A stretch of DNA of 64,000 nucleotides, from assembly GCA_002269645.1 (NCBI GenBank), contig NIVC01002641.1, positions 1 through 64,000 on the forward strand, written 5' to 3'. The DNA is from Macrostomum lignano (lineage: Eukaryota). The position numbers were made by a program, and so were the translations under genes. The first letter of the stretch is position 1. The number at the start of each line of letters is the position of its first letter. Below are positions 55,066 to 64,000 of the stretch, in pieces. The notes under the pieces are model-generated. The model saw nothing but the letters and a program-made list of their open reading frames with translations. It was not told the DNA's origin and made no database searches.

Positions 55066-56667
55066 ATTTTTGGTAAAGTTCTATAATGAAATAGATTATT
55101 TATATATTATACTTATAACTATATCTATACAAGGCCAACTCCTCTATTGGAGGAGAAAGGGGAAGAACTCCCATCACTGGAATTCCATTCCCTGAAATCC
55201 ATCAGCTGAATCCTATGACCAGAATCCCATCATCCAAATCCTCTCCAAAATCCATCAAAATCCTTTTCATAAAGTAGAAATCCTTAAAAATCCCTTCTAT
55301 GAAACAGATATTTATCAAAAGTCTTTCTGTGAAACAAAACTCTATCAACATCATCTCTTTCAAGTTGTAATCCATCAATTTAATCAATAGACTATTGAAT
55401 TGAAGTGTATAAAAAGGTGCTTTCTAATTGTCTAGCCTAAATGTATTTGAAAAACAGTATTCAGTGGTTTGGGTTAGGGTTAGAGCTGCACAGAGCTACC
55501 TGTTGAAAGGCACTGATAATAAAAAAACTGAACCAATTGAACCAATTGACTGTGCAATCGATTTCAGTAAGTATCAGTCCCAGTTAAAGTTACCAAAATG
55601 ATTGTGAAATCTAAAGCAACCCTCCAATACACAGTGGCATTTAGAAGTTGAAGCCTCCAAATTTATCCATTGTGTCTCACAAAAATAATTCTAATCTCTG
55701 CAGAAAGTTAAAAGTATGGAAATCGTTTTTTGGAAGCTGTGCTTTTAGTTTTCATAGGGCCTACTTAAAGCAAACAACTTATATCCCCAAACTTAGCATT
55801 GAAAGATCTTTCCAGCAATATAAGTCTCTTCTCTCAAAGTTAAAAACTAGAAGAACAGTTTGTGTTTGAAACTGCCCAGTTTAAAACATTGAATTTTTTG
55901 TGTACATTCACTGCCTGCTACAGTGAGAGGCTTGCAAGTTTATGCATTGAATTTCACTGTCTGCCAGTTGGCAAGGGTCCAAGTGTACACACGCAGCCAC
56001 TTAGAATGCTCCATCCCCCCACTAGAAAGAAAATACACTGCCGAGATAGGAAAAATTATGAAACAATCACTCAAAATTGATGCAAATTTTCAGTTCAGAG
56101 CAGAAAAAGTGGCCAAATAAGGTTAAGAAAACAGTTTTCTGCTCTTTTAACTGACTTAATTTTTTAAATTTCAACATCAAAATAGCCTATTTGTTGCATA
56201 GGAAAATTCTGCATTGATATATATATAAGTCCCGACATTTGAGTTGGCAGCCATCTAAGAGGAGATGCACATTAAACCTAGCCAGTCAATCGATCAATCC
56301 ACTCAGCTTTAGATATAAGAGATAACTAAAAATCTAAAAAGTTTCTATCTATGCAATACTTTTATAGGATAATGCAACTTTGCATAAAGCATTTTAACAA
56401 TATCATAATTAGCATAACATACTTCACAAACAAAAAAATTAATGACAATATTTTTGTTTGAAAAAAATCTTTATGTATATTATTTTATCAAACATTCCTT
56501 TCTATGATATTTTTGTTAGTCTATATCTCATCTAAGTTAAATACAAATATTTTACAGGAACTATATTCTAATGGTGCAGTCAATATTGCTGAAATTCTAA
56601 AGAAGCAATCTTTGTTAGCATGAAATAAGAGTTTTAATTGTATTGTCTTTCAATTAGAGTGCTAAGC

Positions 56668-57766
56668 ATGGCTGCTGCATTAGAAGATTTGACACTTGGA
56701 GGATTTTTATCCAACCTCCGCCTGCGTCACTTAGAAACTGTTGTGCTCAAGCTGGACTCAGCTACAAACGGCATGATCAACAGGTCCAATTATGACTATC
56801 AGGTCTATTTTGAGCTGAACCAATCCGAGGCTACAGCAAAAGTCAAGACTGGGACTGACCGGCCAATTCTCTGGTAGGAACATTAGTCATTGAAATTCAT
56901 CGAACATCAAACTGTAGTTTCTCTTTCATTATTTCATTAATTTTCCTCCTTTTTTCTCTATTTTACTCAGCTCCGAGCTGCTCAACGTAAACTCCGACTC
57001 CAGCGATGGCACAGTTCGATGGGATCTTACTCCCTCTCTAGTCAACAACCTTTTTGGCTCCCCAATAGCAGCATCTGCTCGTCGCCTAACGCAATTTTCG
57101 ATCACCTTCTATCGCGTCCCTAGTAACCAGCCTAGCAACCAGAGAATGGAAAAATGGTCCGGTGAAATTCAAAAGCGCCCCCTGCTTCACATCGGCGATC
57201 TGCAGTTCGGCCGCGACCTGCGGCGTCCTCCAACTTTGCCTTCGCTTCTTCTTGTTGGCGGTGATTCTGACAGGCATAGCAGCTACAAAGACTTGCATCG
57301 TCGTAGTGCCAATAGTCTTTGTCGCTACGATTGCGTTGCCACGGACGACTCGCTGCCAGCTCAAATGTCTGCTGCCGGCTGTCGGCTGGCTCTCCGGCTA
57401 AAGGGCATCTACTTTCTCGTAAATGTTTCCAAATGTCCAGCTAAAGAGAGTCGTTGCTATCTGGGCGTCGAACTCGCAACCTCGCGTATTGGTCGAGTAT
57501 CGTCGTATAATATGCTAACGCTGCGACACATGCTTGCTTTGGATATGAAATCTATTGATGTCGAGGTGAAGCTGGCCAGGTTGAAAGGTCGGTTGGAGTC
57601 CAGACTGGCGGCCCAGTCAGGGTCGCTGTCCGACCAGTCGACTGAGTCTTTGCTCACTCGCCGAGTCCTCGAGAATCGGCTGAAATGCCTGGCGACTGGC
57701 AGGCAGCGTCTGGCTGAACTGCGCCAGGCCAATGCTGAGCTGGTGGACTGCCTGGCTTCTGGTGGG

Positions 57767-57805
<39 letters not shown>

Positions 57806-57806
57806 G

Positions 57807-57853
<47 letters not shown>

Positions 57854-57899
57854 GTGTCTGTCTGTCTGTGTGTCTGTCTGTCTGTCTGTCTGTCTGTCA

Positions 57900-57938
<39 letters not shown>

Positions 57939-57962
57939 AGAGTGTCTGTCTGTCTGTCTTAG

Positions 57963-58006
<44 letters not shown>

Positions 58007-58104
58007 AGAGTGTCTGTCTGTCTGTCTGTCAGAGTGTCTGTCTGTCTGTCTGTCTGCCTGTCTGTCTGTCAGTCTGTCAGAGTGTCTGTCTGTCTGTCTG
58101 TCTA

Positions 58105-58150
<46 letters not shown>

Positions 58151-58226
58151 AGAGTGTCTGTCTGTCTGTCAGAGTGTCTGTCTGTCTGTCTGTCTGTCAG
58201 TCTGTCTGTCTGTCTGTGTGTGTGTG

Positions 58227-58295
<69 letters not shown>

Positions 58296-59406
58296 GATAG
58301 CACAGTTGTTTTACAATATCAGCCAGCAGTTAGCATTTCGTCCTCCACCCGTCCAGTGCGCCAGGCCATGCAGGCGGTGCAGGACAGTGTACACAGGACC
58401 AGAGCCAGTCTAGTGAAGTGTCGCTCCCAGCTTCAGTCCACTCGATTGCAGCTGACAGGTCAGAGGAGCCTGTGGCTGAAGGAGCTCGCCAGTCTATTCT
58501 CTCTGGGCAGCTGGGGAGACAGCATTGCCGGGGTCAGCTTGAAACCGCCGCGCAGCGGCCACTGGAGCCGGCTGACAAAACACGAACAGAAATTCTGCGC
58601 CGCGGCGTTTGGTCTGACGGCTCAGCTGGTGGCGTTGACTGGCGCTGTGATGGACTGTCCACTGGTGAGGGGTTTTGAGGTTTTTTGAGGGGAAGAGGAG
58701 GGGAAGAGGAGGGGAAGAGGAGGGGAAGAGGAGGGAAGGAGGGGAAGAGGAGGGTAAGAAGAGGGGAAGAGGAGGAGAAGAGGAGGAAGGGAAGAGAAGG
58801 AGGGGAAGAGGAGGAGAAGAGGAGGAAGGGAAGGAAGGGGAAGAGGAGGGAAGGAGGGGGAAGAGGAGGGAAGCAGGGGGAAGAGGAGGAGATTGATAAG
58901 AAGGCTGATTGGAGCTCGGCCAATCCATCTGTAATGTTGCCATGATTCCCCCCGATCTTGCACAGCGTTACTCCATAACCCTGCGCGGCTCAAAGTCTCG
59001 CATCCGGGACGATCTGATTTGCAAATTTCCCGACCCGCCGGAGTTCCCGCTGTACCACCGGGGGAGCCAGGACGGCGGCTACTTCAATCGCGCCGTCCTG
59101 CTGCTCAACTTCAACGTCTATGGCCTGTCTTGCAACAGCGGCGTCTCCACGCCAGTTGATCTGCGCGCCACGGCGCTGAAAAATCTGTGCCAACTGTTCG
59201 ACTTTCTGCTGGACCCGGCCCGCGCCCCGGCGCCGACTCCGCCGGAACGTATCCCGAGTTCGAATCTGCTGGCGCCTCCGCCGCGGCCGGTTCCTTTTGA
59301 ACCGGTGTGCCGGTCGGTTGAGGCTGACATGCTGAATGATGCTGCTGAGCGGGATGAAGATGAGCAAATCAGTGAGCAGCCCGGTGGCCTGGCTCAGTCT
59401 GCCTGA
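56668..59406 (+). CDS. UVRAG: UV radiation resistance-associated gene protein (Vps38) ortholog; exons 56668-56873, 56971-57761, 58306-58664, 58966-59406
   Basis: LRLRHL N-terminal motif, C2-like region, SYNMLTLRH coiled-coil start, SIAGVSL...[10 protein letters not shown]...CPL|[15 protein letters not shown]...EFPLY...[12 protein letters not shown] (Atg14/Vps38 domain); all junctions GT-AG and phase-consistent. Confidence 0.9.
57768..58296. repeat. (TCTG)n microsatellite in UVRAG intron 2
   Basis: Source of the VCLS-repeat ORFs. Confidence 0.97.
58688..58892. repeat. Polypurine GA-rich repeat in UVRAG intron 3
   Basis: GAGGAGGGGAA-type units. Confidence 0.9.
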
Positions 59407-59439
59407 GTGAGTCGTGACCCAACCCCTGTCAGTACCTTA

Positions 59440-59965
59440 TCTCTCACCCTCCTGTCTTGTCTCACCCTTCTCTGTCTTATCTCACCCTCCTCTGTCTTAT
59501 TTCACCCTCCTCTGTCTTATCTCACTCTCCTCTGTCTTATCTCACCCTCCTCTGTCTTATCTCACCCTCCTCTGTCTTATCTCACCCTCCTCTGTCTTAT
59601 CTCACCCTCCTCTGTCTTATCTCACCCTCCTCTGTCTTATCTCACCCTTCTCTGTCTTATCTCACCCTCCTCTGTCTTGTCTCACCCTCCTTTGTCTTAT
59701 CTGACCCTCCTCTGTCTTATCTCACCCTCCTCTATCTTATCTCACCCTCCTCTGTCTTATCTCACCCTCCTCTGTCTTATCTCACCCTTCTCTGTCTTAT
59801 CTCATCCTCCTGTCTTATCTCACCCTTCTCTGCCTTATCTCATCATCCTGTCTTATCTCACCCTCCTCTGTCTTATCTCACCCTTCTCTGTCTTATCTCA
59901 TCCTCCTGTCTTATCTCACCCTTCTCTGTCTTATCTCACCCTTCGGGGTCTTATCTCACCCTCCT
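59440..59965. repeat. 20-bp minisatellite (TCTTATCTCACCCTCCTCTG)
   Basis: Tandem units starting about 35 nt after the UVRAG stop codon. Confidence 0.95.
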
Positions 59966-60639
59966 CAAACAGAGAATTTAGTGCCAAGCAAGAAGACGGT
60001 TGTTGTTTAAAAATTGCCATTTTTATCTCCTAAAGATTGCATTCTGTCAATTTCCAATTTCAAACAGTCTACATATACAAGCGTGTTTGACGATGTAAAA
60101 CATGTTTTTATTGCTTCCAATGCGCAAACTAGAATACTTGTATTTTGTGTAAGTAGTATTGCAGGCTAGTTTCGTTATTTATACTCAATTTGTGCATTTC
60201 AATATTATTAAATAATTTTTTTATTAATAGAAGTGATCATTATGAATTCTTAGTTTGTGTATCATCAATATATATATATGTATTATTGTGTGCTCGATGT
60301 ACGAGCATACATTACCTAAAAGAAGACAAAACAGTATTAATAAAATGTGCATAATTCAATACAATGATTTGTTGTATGCTATATCCGGCTTTAGTTGTTA
60401 AAGGTCTTAACTTTTCTTCGGTCATTTTATTTTAATAAAATTCCTTTTAACTGGGGGTGGATGGTTCGGGTTATCGAAAACTATGATATGAAAATGCATT
60501 TGAGCTGCATTGATAATAGACAATAATTAATACGGAATTAGCCTTTAATTTATGAATACTGAGTCTTCAAACAAAAAATGGTGGTACGAGCTACTTAAAA
60601 GGACGCGGTAAATATCTAAAGGCTCACAGTATTTTGAAT

Positions 60640-60895
60640 TTTGAAGGCTCATTACTTTGAATTTTGAAGGCTCATTACTCATTCTGAAGGCTCATTACTC
60701 ATTGTGAAGGCCCATTACTCAATTTGAAGGCTCATTACTCATTTTGAAGGCTCATTACTCATTTTGAAGGCTCATTACTCATTCTAAAGGCTCATCACTC
60801 ATTTTGAAGGCTCATTACTCACTTTGAAGGGTCATTACTCACTGTGAAGGCTCATTACTCATTCTAAAGGCTCATCACTCATTTTGAAGGGTTAT
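60640..60895. repeat. 21-bp minisatellite (TGAAGGCTCATTACTCATTTT)
   Basis: About 12 units downstream of the PanK stop. Confidence 0.93.
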
Positions 60896-61051
60896 CACTT
60901 ATGTTGAAAGCTCATTGCTCATTTCAAAGGCTCGTTTTAGTTCTAATGAAATCAACCATACACACAAACAACTCATTTTTAGTATATTGGATTTTTAGGA
61001 GGCGGGAGAGTATAATTTTTATATTGTCACGTCTTGAATTAGTTGGTTTGC

Positions 61052-63608
61052 TCAGGCGAACTTCAGGTAAGCGCCAGCATCCGCGTTGGTGGCCACCAGA
61101 GCCCCAACGGCGCCCAAGTGTCCGGCGTTTCTAAGAAACCGATGCTGAAACCCGGCGCCCATCTGCATCAGCAAACATTTGGCGTTCTCGAACTCTCGAC
61201 GAGCCAACGGGTTTAAAAAGAAATTACCGCCAAAGTAGACTTTGGGCACCTTGGTCAGGGTGCTGATGGATATCAGACTGCCGAGGAGGTTCGCGCAGAA
61301 CAGCGACACCAGACTGCGAGCCACATCCTCTTTTCGGGCGCCGTCCCGTGACAGGCGGTCCTCAGCCGCCTTGCCGAAGTGCATCATCGGAATGTCGCCG
61401 TTGAACTGGCCGTAGGGACTGGCCGGGTCGCTGGCGATGACCTTCAGGTGTTATTCGATTGGTTCGGGGCTGTTGTTTTGCTTGGGGATTGCTGCTTTGA
61501 GAGTCAAGGGCTTGGGACTCTGCAGTGGGATCGGGACTCTTATTGTGGGATCGGGACTCTTATTGTGGGATCAGGACTCTTATTGTGGAATCAGGATTCT
61601 TATTGTGGGACCAGGACTCTCACTGTGGGATCGGGACTCTTATTGTGGGATCGGGACTCTTATTGTGGGATCAGGACTCTTATTGTGGGATCAGGACTCT
61701 TATTGTGGGATCAGGACTCTTATTGTGGGATCAGGACTCTTATTGTGGGATCAGGACTCTTATTGTGGGATCAGGACTCTTATTGTGGGATCAGGACTCT
61801 TATTGTGGGATCAGAAAATCTTAAAACCCGGCAACAACCTCGCGAACAAGCAGGTCCACATTGGCCCTGTCTCCCTTCTCAGCCAGCGCCATCAGCTCAT
61901 CATAGCTGGAGGTGCCAATCATCAGGCGGGCCATGCCTTGCAGAGTTTTGCCGCCGAATAAGCAGAAATGAAAGCTGGACATTTTGCCCTCGGCGTCCAG
62001 GACGCTGATCATGCTGCCGGAGCCCAGGCAGACCAGGATCGCTGGGAACTGCGCCGCAGTGTCAGCGCCTGTGGTGGAGTCAAAAGCGATACTAAGCATA
62101 AATAGGTATTTTATTTCATTCATTCGACATTCCATTTAGCACCTGTGATCCTTTTGGGAGATCCCATTTAGCACCTGTGATCCTTTTGGGAGATCCCATT
62201 TAGCACATGTGCTTCATTTAAGATCCCATTTAGCACCTGTGATCCTTTGAGATCCCATTTAGCACATGTGCATGTGAGCTAACTGAAATCCCAGTTAGCT
62301 CGTGTGATCATTTGAGATCCCATTTAGCTCCTGTGAGTCCTTTCGGAATCCCATTTAGCTTCTGTGATCCTTTGAGATCCCATTTAGCTCTTGTGAGTCC
62401 TTTGAGATCCCATTTAGCACAAGTGCATCATTTGAGATCCCATTTAGCACCTGTGAGTCCTTTGAGATCCTATTAAGCACCTGTGCATACTTTGAGATTA
62501 TTCGTGCCTCAATGTCACTAACCGTCGATCTTGAACTTTTCCATGATGTTGGCCATCAGCGGGTTGTCCAGTTTCAGCTGGAACAGGGGATCCGGCTCCA
62601 TCGCAGGCAGGAACGCCTGCTCATCCGGCAGGTTCGTCACCATCCAGTGACAGCCGCGCACCTGCGTGAGCAGTTCAATCACGTGCTCGCAGTTGGCATT
62701 GAAAGTCTCCTTCATCAGGTCCTGATAGGCGAAGTTGACTCCGGTCATCTTCACCAGGCTGTCGCCCAGGTGCTGCCGCTCCCGCTGCTGACAGTCCGGC
62801 TGCTTGGCGATCCACCTTGATAGTAGAGCATATTTTTTCTTATTATCTAAACTTTTTACTTCAAGTAATAGAATGAAGAAATTTTCTTGGAATCAGGATT
62901 GCCTAACATATAAATAAGTAAAATAAATTTGAACCATTAGGCGCGCATTGATGGAACCAGTTCCTGGCAATAAGTGCGCATTGATGGAACCAGTTCCTAG
63001 CATTAAGCGCGCATTGATGGAACCAGTTCCTGGCAATAAGTGCGCATTGATGGAATCAGTTCCTAGCATTATGCTCGCATTGATGGAACCAGTTCCTGAC
63101 ATTAAGCGCGCATTGATGGAACCAGTTCTTGGCATTAAGCGCGCATTGATGGAACCAGTTCTTGGCATTAAGCGCGCATTGATGGAACCAGTTCCTAGCA
63201 TTAAGCGCGCATTGATGGAACCAGTTCCTGGCATTAAGCGCGCATTGATGGAACCAGTTCCTGGCATTAAGCGCGCATTGATGGAACCAGTTCCTGGCAA
63301 TAAGTGCGCATTGATTGAACCAGTTCCTGGCATTAGGTGCGCATTGATGGAGCCAGTGGGTACTTAAAAGCCTATTAAAGGTTTTTTTCAGACCTCATAG
63401 CGGCCTGGAAGTCGCTCTTGGCCACCGTGACAAAATTCAGCACCGCCGCGGAGTTCGACGAGTCTGTCGAGTCCGACGTGACGTACAAAATCTTTGACAA
63501 CGTGGCGCCATTATCGAAGCTCAGCCGGCAAGGCAGGCCTTCCAGCAAGCTTTTAGGAACTTTGACGCTGTCTTTGAACACGAATTTAGGAGCCGACGAC
63601 ATTTCCAT
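61052..63608 (-). CDS. Divergent type II (fumble-like) pantothenate kinase family protein, about 376 aa; exons 63608-63394, 62815-62523, 62068-61839, 61441-61052
   Basis: SFDNGATLSKILY, IELLTQVRG, FPAILVCLGSGSM, LFGGKT, SYDELMALAEKGDRANVDLLVRE|VIA, HFGK, KEDVARSLVSLF..N, VYFGGNF, FLRNAGHLGAVGAL align with the PanK-II motif order. Confidence 0.85.
61525..61812. repeat. 20-bp minisatellite (GGGATCAGGACTCTTATTGT) in PanK intron 3
   Basis: Tandem units. Confidence 0.95.
62130..62490. repeat. ~30-bp minisatellite (GAGATCCCATTTAGCACCTGTGATCCTTT) in PanK intron 2
   Basis: Degenerate tandem units. Confidence 0.9.
62940..63355. repeat. 33-bp minisatellite (GCGCATTGATGGAACCAGTTCCTGGCATTAAGC) in PanK intron 1
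   Basis: About 12 units. Confidence 0.95.
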
Positions 63609-64000
63609 TGGCGATCAATAAAGTTCAAGAAAGGTCTTAGGTACTATTATATACGCTCATGTGACGCACCCTGCAGGGCTCTTGAACAAGAGAAAAAAAT
63701 TGTGTTAGACAACTCCTATATACTGCTGCGAGGTTTGGAGAGAGAGGCAGCAAGAGGAGAGAGGTACGAGCGTACGCTGTGTTCTGCATTCTCTTACCGC
63801 ACGGGCGAGGCTAAAATCAGTGTACAGATATGTCAGAGGGGCAGAGGTGTGTCCCTTGAACTCAGAATCGAGGAGCATCAAATAGAATACAGATACATTG
63901 CTGTCATACGCTTTTATAAACACGACAGCTGACAAAACAACTAAAGGGCAAGGGGGTTTATGTGAAGCAACAGTAGTGAAGTAATACGTGGACAAATTTA

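Noticed and set aside
57146-58413. VCLS-repeat Cys-rich protein extension of UVRAG
   Set aside because: (TCTG)n intron bounded by G|GTGGGT donor and CACAG acceptor
58494-58945. Pro/Ser-rich and Arg/Gly/Glu-rich ORFs
   Set aside because: Polypurine repeat within UVRAG intron 3

Overview
Eukaryotic (animal) genomic DNA with GC-rich, spliced exons, AT-rich intergenic DNA and introns packed with tandem repeats. The style is consistent with a Macrostomum-like flatworm, but the organism is an inference. Genes reconstructed by hand from GT-AG sites and reading phase: a ZNFX1-like SF1 helicase (minus strand, 11 exons in the window, running off the left edge), an SREB-like orphan class A GPCR, an SPC25-like gene with frameshifts, an inverted pair of GDA1/CD39 NTPDases plus a third fragment, an intronless membrane-anchored FkbM-family methyltransferase, TRMT112, UVRAG and a divergent type II pantothenate kinase. 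Mobile DNA: a decayed hAT transposase, two decayed Ty3/gypsy elements (one interrupted by a young RNase H-bearing LINE with a 13-bp TSD), a CORE-SINE and several MITE/foldback elements. No CRISPR, rRNA or tRNA gene is supported. The most notable observations are (i) nearly every intron is filled by its own private minisatellite reaching almost to the splice sites, (ii) the NTPDase pair shares a near-identical catalytic core but has different N- and C-termini (secreted versus possibly anchored), (iii) a possible cold-shock/OB-like N-terminal module on ZNFX1, and (iv) a candidate Golgi glycan methyltransferase. Most long ORFs in the supplied track are repeat artefacts.
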